Shown here in pieces: positions 28,266 through 35,350 of a stretch of 35,350 nt of DNA. Each line of letters opens with the position of its first letter. The stretch's first letter is position 1. The DNA comes from an uncultured Bacilli bacterium (GTDB lineage: Bacteria; Bacillota_I; Bacilli_A; RF39; UBA660), in assembly GCA_944364705.1 (NCBI GenBank), contig CALVWH010000003.1, forward strand, positions 1-35,350, read 5' to 3'. A model generated the notes under the pieces. The model was not told where the DNA came from. It did not search any database and was given only the letters and a program-made list of their open reading frames with translations. The position numbers and the translations under genes were made by a program.

Positions 28266-29486
28266 ATGCGAAAATTATTTGGAATATTAATCGTTTTATA
28301 CATATTATATTTTACCATTCAATTTTGCACCAATTTTTTTAGTACATCTCAAAAAAACACTTATGTAATTTCAACCAAATATGGAGATTATCAAATTAAA
28401 GAAAATTATTATCGAGGAATGAAAAATAATACCGATCATTATAATTTTGTCATTAACGATACCTTTTCTTTTAAAGTATATGAAGATTTTACAAGACGTG
28501 GTCGTATTATTGAAGATCTTAAAGTTTTCAAAGACGATACGTATGAATGTATTTATCCAATTTTTAAAGGAAAAGATCAAGTAATGGATATGATTTGTAA
28601 AAGTAAGGATCAAACTAGATTTTATCATACGATGCAAGGTCAAAATAGTGCATTAGATACGTTTGTTTATGATCTTCCAAATTATAGTGTGGATGCTTAT
28701 AAAGATCAAAAAGATAAAGCTTACACAAGAGGGCTTGCTACTTTTTATCCGAATAATTTAACTGAAAAATTGCATTTAGCAATTAATAGTTATAAAGGAA
28801 TTTATAACATTCGATTAAATAATGACAAAGAAGTTTCTTTGTTTACAAAAGATATTTACGAACCAAAAATTGCAGCGATCGCGGGAGAATATTACGTTAC
28901 GGCAAATTATGACGAAGATTATCATTTTACTTCTTTCCTTCGAGTAGATTTAGTGGATAGTAAACAGCAGACAATCGATTATAATGGTGAAATTTCTTAT
29001 GCATCTACCGTACAAGGAGTTGCCGATAATAAAATTTATCTTTATGATCCAGAAAATCAGAAACAATTAGAAATTGATCCAGAAAAAAGAACGGTAAAAC
29101 AAATTGCTAGTGGAAATAAAGTTCGTATTTTTAATGGAATCGAATGGGAAGAAAAAGAAATTATGGATGGGAACTATTCTTTTCCAAAAAGTTCAGAGAC
29201 TTATGCTTATATAAGTCCAGGAAAATATTCTGGACAAAACTATCGGTTCGTAAGTACTTCGAATGGTTATGATGTCTATCGTTCCAGCATTTTAAATCCA
29301 GAAATAGAAACGTATTTATTTACAACACCAGCTTTTCGTAATCCAGTAGAACATAAAGGAACGTTATATTTTCTTTCTGGAACTGAGGTTAAAGCCTATA
29401 ATGATGCTTCTGGACTTCGCACATTAGCTTCTATGAATGAATTTACATTTAATAATTCTTTAAATTTTTATGTTTACAGTAAATAA
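28266..29486 (+). CDS. N-terminally membrane-anchored protein of unknown function (406 aa)
   Basis: Single N-terminal hydrophobic segment LFGILIVLYILYFTIQF, then a large Tyr/Asn/Asp-rich, probably extracytoplasmic beta-rich region. SD AGGTGA. Starts 9 nt after truA. Confidence 0.75.
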   Translation: MRKLFGILIVLYILYFTIQFCTNFFSTSQKNTYVISTKYGDYQIKENYYRGMKNNTDHYNFVINDTFSFKVYEDFTRRGRIIEDLKVFKDDTYECIYPIFKGKDQVMDMICKSKDQTRFYHTMQGQNSALDTFVYDLPNYSVDAYKDQKDKAYTRGLATFYPNNLTEKLHLAINSYKGIYNIRLNNDKEVSLFTKDIYEPKIAAIAGEYYVTANYDEDYHFTSFLRVDLVDSKQQTIDYNGEISYASTVQGVADNKIYLYDPENQKQLEIDPEKRTVKQIASGNKVRIFNGIEWEEKEIMDGNYSFPKSSETYAYISPGKYSGQNYRFVSTSNGYDVYRSSILNPEIETYLFTTPAFRNPVEHKGTLYFLSGTEVKAYNDASGLRTLASMNEFTFNNSLNFYVYSK

Positions 29487-29521
29487 AAAATGTATCATTT
29501 TAATTTTGATACATTTTTTTT
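29485..29521. terminator. Bidirectional terminator between convergent genes
   Basis: A6-TGTATCA / TGATACA-T8 hairpin with a 9-nt loop. A-run on one side and T-run on the other. It overlaps the last codons of the minus-strand gene. Confidence 0.7.
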
Positions 29522-30172
29522 AATGATGAAAATGATTTGATTCATATACGTTGGGAATGCTTTAAAAATTCTTCTAAAAAAGAAAGATTTTTGCAAAATA
29601 ATAGATTTTACTTTTTTACTAATTTCTTCGGTATTGTCTTTTGTAATGGTATCCATGGTATGTTTTAATCTAAAGATTACATTAAAAGAAAAAATAAAAT
29701 CAAATAGAAAAATAAGAAAAGTAATCAAAGCAATTCCAATTAAAATTTGTGGAGGAATTCCGATTAAGAAATGGTGTAAAGTTGGATAAATGTATTTTAA
29801 TAAAACAATGGCTAGAACACCAAAAATTATACTATTTCGTAAACAAATTCTTCCATTAAGATTAAAAAATCGATCGGAATAATCCCACCATCTTGCTCGG
29901 AATAACTTTTCCATAAGAAAACTGACAAAATATTCAAAAACGGAACAAATCAAAATCGCCATTAAAAATAAAAAAAACAAATTATTTGAAAAAGGCTTTA
30001 ATAAAAAGATCATGCATAAACTAGCAAGCCCATAAATTGGACAATATGGACCAATCAAAAATCCTCGATTGATCAGTTTGTTTGTCTCTACTAGAATATC
30101 GATAACTTCCATGACCCATCCCAAAAAGGATATGATTAAAAAAATTAAAAAACAATAGCTGATTGTATACAT
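29495..30172 (-). CDS. Polytopic membrane protein resembling the CmpB / putative ABC-transporter type IV family (PF06541-like)
   Basis: About six hydrophobic segments. Motifs GWVMEV...NRGFLIGPYCPIYG and RWWDYS...NLNGRICL recall that family from memory. SD GAGGGAG upstream on the minus strand. Confidence 0.6.
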   Translation of the reverse strand: MYTISYCFLIFLIISFLGWVMEVIDILVETNKLINRGFLIGPYCPIYGLASLCMIFLLKPFSNNLFFLFLMAILICSVFEYFVSFLMEKLFRARWWDYSDRFFNLNGRICLRNSIIFGVLAIVLLKYIYPTLHHFLIGIPPQILIGIALITFLIFLFDFIFSFNVIFRLKHTMDTITKDNTEEISKKVKSIILQKSFFFRRIFKAFPTYMNQIIFIIKKNVSKLK

Positions 30173-30245
30173 CGAACTCCCTCACATCTACTATACCCAT
30201 TTTACCTTTCTTTTCTTATTTTGTCTATATTTTTTTATAGACTTG

Positions 30246-30254
30246 TGCTATAAT
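30246..30254 (+). promoter_or_regulatory. Extended -10 promoter element TGCTATAAT immediately upstream of the patatin-like gene
   Basis: TG-n-TATAAT at 30246-30254. The ATG at 30261 lies 6 nt after the hexamer, and there is no SD in between. Confidence 0.5.
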
Positions 30255-30260
30255 ATCGGT

Positions 30261-31454
30261 ATGAAAAGAGCAATTGTTTTATCCGGTGGAGGCGGAAAGG
30301 GAGCTTATCAGATTGGCGTATGGAAAGCTCTAAGAAAATTACATATAAAATATCATATTGTAACTGGAACATCGGTTGGAGCTTTAAATGGCGCTTTTAT
30401 GGTTCAAAAGAATTATTATCGTGCCCTTTATACATGGAATACGATTGATTTTTATCAAATCTTTAACGATATTGAGAAAATCGATGATAAAAAAGATGTT
30501 CTTGCGATGTATACCAAAGGTGTCCTTTCTTCTGGAATGGAGATTAAAAATTTAGAATCTTTAATACAAAAAAATATTGATGAGAAAAAGTTTCAAAAAT
30601 CTTCAATTGATTACGGATTAATTACCTATAATTTAACGAAAAAAAAGCCATTAGCGATTACAAAGAAAAAAATTAAGAAAGGAAAATTAAAAGATTATTT
30701 AGTGGCGAGTGCGACGTGTTATCCTTTTTTTAAGAAGAAAAGGATTGATGAACAAGATTTTATTGATGGTGGTATTTATGACAATTTGCCGATTAATTTA
30801 GCAATCTCAATGGGAGCAGAAGAAGTAATTGCAGTAGATTTAAAAGCTCCTGGTTTAAAACAAAAAGTAAAAAATAAAGAAGTAAAGGTTATTACGATTA
30901 AACCACAAAATCAATTAAGTTCTTTTTTATCTTTTAATAAAGAAGAATCAAAGAAAAATCTTGCTTTTGGGTATAACGATACCATGAAAAAATTTCAAAA
31001 ATTGGAAGGCAAAAAATATACGTTTTATAAAGGTACTTTGGATAAAAATGATCACCTTTATGGAGAGTTGTTTGTTCAAAATATAGAGTATATTATGAAA
31101 TTGGATGAGAAAAAGAAATTGAAAAATATAAAACTTGGCTTTTTGTTTTCCAAGGTTTGGGAAGATGAAACTTACCGAAAAAAAGCAATTTCAGATATTC
31201 TTGAGTATTTAGCTTCCATGTTTTCTTTACCGGAAGAAAAAATTTATAAATTGTCAACGTTTTATAAACAGTTATCGAAAAATTTGTTTTTAACAAAGAA
31301 AAAACAATCGGAACTTTGTTTGCAGTTTTATCAAAAATTTTTAATTTTTCGAGGAAAAAATTTAGATGTTCCACAAATCTTTCTCCATTCGAAAGATTTT
31401 GCTGCAGCTTTGTATTTATATACCGTAAATTATGGTGTTTTAAGCGATGATTAA
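30261..31454 (+). CDS. Patatin-like phospholipase with ~150-aa C-terminal extension
   Basis: MKRAIVLSGGGGKGAYQIG (oxyanion hole), GTSVGA (GxSxG nucleophile) and DGGIYDNLP (catalytic Asp). The TTG start in the track (30243) overlaps the -10 element and is rejected. Confidence 0.88.
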   Translation: MKRAIVLSGGGGKGAYQIGVWKALRKLHIKYHIVTGTSVGALNGAFMVQKNYYRALYTWNTIDFYQIFNDIEKIDDKKDVLAMYTKGVLSSGMEIKNLESLIQKNIDEKKFQKSSIDYGLITYNLTKKKPLAITKKKIKKGKLKDYLVASATCYPFFKKKRIDEQDFIDGGIYDNLPINLAISMGAEEVIAVDLKAPGLKQKVKNKEVKVITIKPQNQLSSFLSFNKEESKKNLAFGYNDTMKKFQKLEGKKYTFYKGTLDKNDHLYGELFVQNIEYIMKLDEKKKLKNIKLGFLFSKVWEDETYRKKAISDILEYLASMFSLPEEKIYKLSTFYKQLSKNLFLTKKKQSELCLQFYQKFLIFRGKNLDVPQIFLHSKDFAAALYLYTVNYGVLSDD

Positions 31455-31465
31455 CTAGATTTTCT

Positions 31466-31496
31466 AAAGAGGCGTAGGTTATGCTTCTTTTTTTTT
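31466..31496 (+). terminator. Rho-independent terminator after the patatin-like gene
   Basis: Stem AAGAGGC / GCTTCTT (one G-U pair), 9-nt loop, T9 run. Confidence 0.65.
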
Positions 31497-31522
31497 CGCA
31501 TAAGATGAAATAGGTGATGTCG

Positions 31523-32422
31523 ATGAAAAATGCGATTATGTATTATTATGAATTAGAACCAGAAAAATTAGTGCAAACAAAACAAAATTATCGTTTTTTC
31601 ATTCAACACCAACTTTATTTTTTTGTTTGTTATAAAGAAACGGAAGAAAAATTGGATGCGATTCAAAGATTATTTGATAAAAATCAATCGTTACAACTTC
31701 CTTTTCATAAAATTATTTCGAATATTCATGGAAAAAAGCTAACAATGATCGATCAAAATGCTTATGTTTTACTTAAGGTTGTGACAAAGAAAAGAGAAAT
31801 TCATTTATATGATTTGTATGCTTTTTCTAATATACATTTGATTGGTATGGAAAAATCTTTGAATCATCAAAATTGGAATTTGTTATGGTCGAAAAAAATT
31901 GATTATTTGGAATATCAAATGAGTCATTTTGGATTAAAATATCCGTTAATTAAGCAAAGTTTTGCGTTTTTTGTAGGTCTTGCAGAAAATGCGATTAGTT
32001 ATGCCAATTATATTGATCATTCGGATGTTTCTGTTGCACATCAAAGAATTTATGATCATATGACGACATTTGAATTTTATAATCCTTTATCTGTGATCCT
32101 TGATTTAAAAGTAAGGGATGCTGCAGAATATTTTAAAGTGAAAATTTTTCATTCGTTTTTGTCTTTTCATGAAATTGAATATTTTCTTCATTATTGTATT
32201 TCAAAACAGGATTATTTGGCTTTTTATTGTCGGATGTTGTTTCCTACTCCTTATTTTGATCTTTTTGAAGATATTGTGATTGATCAAAAAGAGGAGAGAG
32301 AAATGCAAAAATTTTTAGAAAAAAAAGATACTTATTTAAAGTATCTAAAACAAATTTATTTTTTTATTGTAAAAGAAGTATATATTCCGAAAATTGATTG
32401 GATAATAAATATAGAAGACTAA
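31523..32422 (+). CDS. Hypothetical protein, possibly CotS/YutH-like (aminoglycoside-phosphotransferase/kinase fold) with non-canonical catalytic loop
   Basis: The N-terminus IMYYYELEP....Q..NYRFFIQHQLYFFV resembles the CotS/YutH family. VAHQRIY....FYN...ILDLKVRDAAEYF resembles H.D....N...iDfd....D. but with HQR in place of HGD. ATG 31523 follows AGGTGA. Starts at 31514 or 31517 are possible. Confidence 0.4.
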   Translation: MKNAIMYYYELEPEKLVQTKQNYRFFIQHQLYFFVCYKETEEKLDAIQRLFDKNQSLQLPFHKIISNIHGKKLTMIDQNAYVLLKVVTKKREIHLYDLYAFSNIHLIGMEKSLNHQNWNLLWSKKIDYLEYQMSHFGLKYPLIKQSFAFFVGLAENAISYANYIDHSDVSVAHQRIYDHMTTFEFYNPLSVILDLKVRDAAEYFKVKIFHSFLSFHEIEYFLHYCISKQDYLAFYCRMLFPTPYFDLFEDIVIDQKEEREMQKFLEKKDTYLKYLKQIYFFIVKEVYIPKIDWIINIED

Positions 32423-32664
32423 ATAGAATCCCATTCGTCTTGTGAAATATTTATAACTTTTTCTACTTCTGGTACTTCGGATTGAATGGCAGCTTCAATC
32501 CCATCTTTGATTGTTAAATCGAGCATTTCACAATTTGCACATGCACCAAGCATATGAATGTATACAACGTGATCTTCGTATTTGATAAATTCAATATTTC
32601 CACCTTCACTAATTAAAAATGGTTTTAATTCTTCAATTACTTCTTTAATTTTGCTTTCTTCCAT
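32419..32664 (-). CDS. NifU C-terminal-domain (Nfu/YutI-like) Fe-S cluster carrier protein
   Basis: 81 aa. Contains IEELKPFLISEGGNIEF...V.I.M.GACANC....LTIKDGIEAAI with the CxxC motif. Confidence 0.9.
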   Translation of the reverse strand: MEESKIKEVIEELKPFLISEGGNIEFIKYEDHVVYIHMLGACANCEMLDLTIKDGIEAAIQSEVPEVEKVINISQDEWDSI

Positions 32665-32716
32665 TTTATCACCATTTGTTATTATAATGGATTTTAGGGG
32701 GAATGTAAAGAAAATT

Positions 32717-32744
32717 TTGTTGAATTTAAATCTTATGATATAAT
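32717..32744 (+). promoter_or_regulatory. Promoter of the S1-domain gene
   Basis: -35 TTGTTG (32717-32722), 16-nt spacer, extended -10 TGATATAAT (32736-32744). Confidence 0.55.
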
Positions 32745-32763
32745 AGCATTAGAGGTGTACCAA

Positions 32764-33141
32764 ATGTCAAAATATAAAATTGGAAAGATTGTGAGGGGAC
32801 ATGTAACTGGAATAACAGATTATGGTATTTTTGTATCTTTAGATGAATATTATAGTGGTTTAATTCATATTTCTGAAATTTCTCATTTGTATGTTAAGAA
32901 TGTTGCTGATTTTGTAAAAATAGGGGAAGATATTTATGTTGAAATTTTAGAGGTTAATGAAAAGGAAAATCAATTACGGTTAAGTATTAAAAATATTAAT
33001 TATAAAATTCCTCGTGATCGAAAAAAGAAAAAAATTGTGGAAACTCCGTTAGGGTTTCGAACTTTAGAATATCGATTACCTATCTGGATAAAAGAAACGC
33101 AAAAAAAATGTAACTATTCAGACTATGACACACAAAAATAA
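32764..33141 (+). CDS. S1-domain RNA-binding protein (YugI / general stress protein 13-like), 3' end supplied by the IS element
   Basis: KIGKIVRGHVTGITDYGIFVSLDE.YSGLIHISEISH.YVKNV is an S1 domain, and the tail GFRTLEYRLPIWIKETQKK parallels B. subtilis YugI. ATG 32764 follows AGAGGTG. The last 10 codons plus stop (33110-33141) lie inside the IS left end. Confidence 0.85.
   Translation: MSKYKIGKIVRGHVTGITDYGIFVSLDEYYSGLIHISEISHLYVKNVADFVKIGEDIYVEILEVNEKENQLRLSIKNINYKIPRDRKKKKIVETPLGFRTLEYRLPIWIKETQKKCNYSDYDTQK
33110..33126 (+). repeat. IS left terminal inverted repeat
   Basis: GTAACTATTCAGACTAT. An 18th matching base is possible (T 33109 / A 34786). Confidence 0.9.
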
Positions 33142-33168
33142 AGAGTAATTATATAAAAAATTGCTCTT

Positions 33169-34665
33169 TTAGTTTGCAAATAATACTTTATTTTCAAATA
33201 TAGCATGAATAGCTTCAAAAGGATTTATATTTCTTTTGATAGATGTTTTTATGATTGATAAGGCATCGGCAAAATCTTGTGCAACTTTTATACTTCTAAA
33301 TCCACCCGATATTTTAGTTTTATTTTTGAATATTCTTAAATCCCTTTCACTTAAGTTATCATCAAAAGGTACTTTAAAATTTTCTATAAAATACAAATGA
33401 TTTTGCTTATATTTTACCAATCTATTATATAATGGTTTAGCTTTTTGTATTCTATAATATGAAGATTTTATTTGCTTGTTTTCTTCTTTGGCTAGTTTTA
33501 GGATTTTATCATATTCATTTTGATATTCTTTTACTTTGTCATCAGAAAATCTTGTTAATCCATACTCTATTGCTATCTTTCTTGTATTATTCATTCTAAA
33601 GATGAAATCATACATTAAAAGTGGCCATTTTGTATCTGGTATATTTTCCATAAGTTCCATTAAATATCTTCCTAAATGAATGTTACATTCATAATTTTTA
33701 CTTCCATAACTATACAAAGTAGTATCATGATCTCCCATTATTCCACCACAAAATTTCGGAAGGATATTATCTTCTTTTATTGGATTATGTCCTTTATTTT
33801 TATGAACTTTATAAACTACATTCCCTTCATTACTATAATTTCTTATATATAATTTTTTCTTATTGAATTTTGTTCCTGTTTCATCAGTAAAACCGGTTGT
33901 TCCATTTAAAAAATTATTCTCTAAATTTCTTATGGTTTCTTGGCTTTTCTTTCCAAATTCTTTTACGAAATTTACGAGTGTCCCATTACAAATATTATAA
34001 ACGTTATTTGTTACCACACGAAAGAAATCACTTAATCTATCATAAGCGATTACATTATAACAACCTAAATGGATGGATAATGTTTTTATACTGTTTCCAT
34101 ATGTCACATCTGTATAAAATTCCTTTGGTAATTTTTCTTTAGAGTTCTTATTATACTTGAATATATGTTTTTCAATATATGGTCTAATTTCTAATTCATA
34201 TCTATATTTTACTAAAGGTTCTTTCGAGGAATTTCCTTTTATTGTATGAATAATTTCTCTTACTTCAATTTTGTTTTCATCAATTAATTTCTCGACATCT
34301 TTTTTACTTAAATTATGTCCTTGATGATTGTACTGCCCACCAGGCTTTTTACCTGTTTTCGTTCGATAATTATATAAATTTGCTCCTGTTTTCTTTTTAG
34401 GAGTAACAATATTAGTTGATGATGGTTTACTAGAATTTTTACTGTTTTTATTATTTTGATTTTTTAATCTATCTATTTCATTTAATAATAATTCAATTTT
34501 CTTTTCTTTTTCTTGGATAGTTTTGTTTAGTTTTTCAATTTCTAAATTTAAATTATAAATAGTTAGAGATTGAGTCTTATTTTCTTTTAATAAAAAATCT
34601 AATTTTTTATTTAGTTTTTCAAATTCATTAAATAAATTTGCTTGATAATTTGTTGTTCTTCCCAT
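33169..34665 (-). CDS. DDE transposase, IS66-family-like
   Basis: N-terminal coiled coil (LEIEKLNKTIQEKEKKIELLLNEIDRLKNQ). FTDETGTKF, GDHDTTLYSYG and ECNIHLGRYLMEL resemble the IS66 DET / SDgy.aY / CwaH.rR blocks. Confidence 0.7.
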   Translation of the reverse strand: MGRTTNYQANLFNEFEKLNKKLDFLLKENKTQSLTIYNLNLEIEKLNKTIQEKEKKIELLLNEIDRLKNQNNKNSKNSSKPSSTNIVTPKKKTGANLYNYRTKTGKKPGGQYNHQGHNLSKKDVEKLIDENKIEVREIIHTIKGNSSKEPLVKYRYELEIRPYIEKHIFKYNKNSKEKLPKEFYTDVTYGNSIKTLSIHLGCYNVIAYDRLSDFFRVVTNNVYNICNGTLVNFVKEFGKKSQETIRNLENNFLNGTTGFTDETGTKFNKKKLYIRNYSNEGNVVYKVHKNKGHNPIKEDNILPKFCGGIMGDHDTTLYSYGSKNYECNIHLGRYLMELMENIPDTKWPLLMYDFIFRMNNTRKIAIEYGLTRFSDDKVKEYQNEYDKILKLAKEENKQIKSSYYRIQKAKPLYNRLVKYKQNHLYFIENFKVPFDDNLSERDLRIFKNKTKISGGFRSIKVAQDFADALSIIKTSIKRNINPFEAIHAIFENKVLFAN

Positions 34666-34768
34666 TTATAATCACTATCCTTAAGCTATTTTTATTTTCT
34701 CATATTTTATCAAAAAAAGCAGCTATCTTTACGCTACTTTTGACATTTATTTTTATTTTTTATTATCT

Positions 34769-34785
34769 ATAGTCTGAATAGTTAC
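34769..34785 (-). repeat. IS right terminal inverted repeat
   Basis: ATAGTCTGAATAGTTAC is the exact reverse complement of 33110-33126. Confidence 0.9.
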
Positions 34786-34813
34786 AAATAATCCACATTT
34801 TTATAAAAAACTC

Positions 34814-34842
34814 TTGACAAAATTATATAAAAACAATAAAGT
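34814..34842 (+). promoter_or_regulatory. Candidate promoter for the 51-codon ORF
   Basis: -35 TTGACA (34814-34819), 17-nt spacer, -10 TAAAGT (34837-34842). Confidence 0.4.
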
Positions 34843-34873
34843 ATATATCAACTTGTTGGAGGTGTATTGATTT

Positions 34874-35029
34874 ATGATTGAAAGTGTATATAAAAAGAAT
34901 TCTATTTTCAAAGAATTTTCGATTTTAACTTATACTACAATTAAAGCTATAAATTATAATAATATTTTTAGTTTAGATTTATCATCACAATCTGACAATA
35001 TGAATTTCAAATCGGTGGTTAAAAAATAG
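34874..35029 (+). CDS. Small hypothetical protein (51 aa)
   Basis: My translation is MIESVYKKNSIFKEFSILTYTTIKAINYNNIFSLDLSSQSDNMNFKSVVKK. Strong SD GGAGGTG 8 nt upstream, and a terminator overlaps the stop codon. Not in the ORF track (below its length cutoff). Confidence 0.4.
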   Translation: MIESVYKKNSIFKEFSILTYTTIKAINYNNIFSLDLSSQSDNMNFKSVVKK

Positions 35030-35057
35030 CGATTGTATTTTTTAGCCACCCTTTTTG
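35014..35057 (+). terminator. Rho-independent terminator
   Basis: 15-bp stem GGTGGTTAAAAAATA / TATTTTTTAGCCACC (one G-U pair), 7-nt loop, followed by CTTTTTG. Confidence 0.7.
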
Positions 35058-35234
35058 TTAGATAGTGTGAAAAGTTTTATGGAAAACAAGATACACTAGA
35101 CAAAAATGATGTTAAGATGAAAATCTTGATATAAAACTATCAAAAAAAGATAGAAAAATGATCTTTGACAATAGAATTAATAAAAAAAGGTATGATGAAA
35201 ACAAGTTAAGAATAATATTTTTAAAAAATAATAC

Positions 35235-35350
35235 TTAACAATAAATGTCAGAATATTTATAACCAAGATTTAAAAGTTCAATCCATTTATTAGGCATATT
35301 AGAAATACCATTTAGTTCATCCAGTTGTACTGGAGTATTCCAGTTAAGAG
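35235..35350 (-). CDS. 3' end of an unidentified gene running off the window
   Basis: The minus-strand frame is open from the window edge: ...LNWNTPVQLDELNGISNMPNKWIELLNLGYKYSDIYC, with a stop (TAA) at 35237-35235. Only 37 codons are visible, so no family can be assigned. Confidence 0.3.
   Translation of the reverse strand, partial: LNWNTPVQLDELNGISNMPNKWIELLNLGYKYSDIYC

Larger units (their letters stand above)
33110..34785 (-). mobile_element. Insertion sequence, IS66 family (single-ORF ISBst12-like group), ~1,676 bp
   Basis: Perfect 17-bp terminal inverted repeats GTAACTATTCAGACTAT (33110-33126; reverse complement at 34769-34785) enclose one transposase ORF. The GTAA termini are typical of IS66. 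Confidence 0.85.

Noticed and set aside
30243-30260. TTG start proposed by the ORF track for the patatin-like gene (MCYNIG extension).
   Set aside because: It overlaps the TGCTATAAT promoter element and has no SD, and the family N-terminus begins at MKRAIVLSGGG (ATG 30261).
32419-32422. Convergent overlap of the stop codons of the 302-aa gene and the NifU-like gene (CTAA), with no terminator between them.
   Set aside because: It is real in the sequence, but 4-nt convergent overlaps are common in compact genomes and I see nothing functional to claim.
33102-33109. An 8-bp target-site duplication flanking the IS.
   Set aside because: The left flank AAAAAAAT and right flank AAATAATC (34786-34793) do not match. 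Only AAAT is shared, which is not significant in A-rich sequence.
35190-35234. Possible terminator for the partial minus-strand gene (GTTAAG ... CTTAAC around an A/T palindrome).
   Set aside because: The stem is only 6 bp with an imperfect all-A/T interior, so it cannot be distinguished from background in this composition.
1-35350. Possibility that the organism uses genetic code 4 (TGA = Trp), given the Mollicutes-like composition.
   Set aside because: All ribosomal proteins and the 1,522-aa ORF are full length under code 11, with conserved Trp positions encoded by TGG. TGA also functions as a stop, for example at 29495-29497 on the minus strand.
1-35350. CRISPR arrays, tRNA genes and rRNA genes.
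   Set aside because: I saw no regularly spaced direct repeats of 25-40 bp and no cloverleaf-compatible GC-rich segment in the intergenic regions, all of which are short and AT-rich.

Overview
This is an AT-rich (roughly 30% GC by eye) chromosomal segment from a low-GC Bacillota / Mollicutes-related bacterium. It reads cleanly with the standard code: Trp is TGG throughout and TGA is used as a stop. The first ~19 kb is core translation machinery on the + strand. It holds ychF, a nucleotidyltransferase, rpsF-ssb-rpsR and a membrane-anchored polysaccharide deacetylase. These are followed by an uninterrupted 29-gene S10-spc-alpha super-operon (rpsJ to rplQ, including secY, adk, map, infA, rpoA). 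rpmJ (16645-16758) is absent from the supplied ORF track, and there is no rpmD. In Bacillus-type genomes rplQ is followed directly by ecfA-ecfA'-ecfT-truA. Here a ~7 kb block lies between rplQ and the first ecfA-like gene. The block contains a 1,522-aa ORF I cannot place in any family; it has five copies of a PxLF..APEELK..FY..LT..DL module and a Cys-bearing C-terminal domain. A truncated ProA-like protein overlaps its 3' end and appears to lack the catalytic Cys segment. An SDR oxidoreductase and a small thioredoxin-fold gene follow; the latter has CxxG instead of CxxC and no canonical start codon. The two ECF-type ATPase genes downstream have degenerate catalytic motifs, and no ecfT is present. 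After truA come an N-terminally anchored 406-aa unknown, a CmpB-like membrane protein, a patatin-like phospholipase (possibly leaderless), a kinase-fold-like unknown, a NifU-like protein and an S1-domain protein. A 1.68 kb IS66/ISBst12-like element with perfect 17-bp GTAA-type inverted repeats has inserted at the stop codon of the S1-domain gene. A 51-codon ORF with its own promoter, SD and terminator follows. I saw no rRNA, tRNA or CRISPR. The best candidate for something undescribed is the giant ORF plus the overlapping ProA-like gene, but this rests on sequence reading alone.
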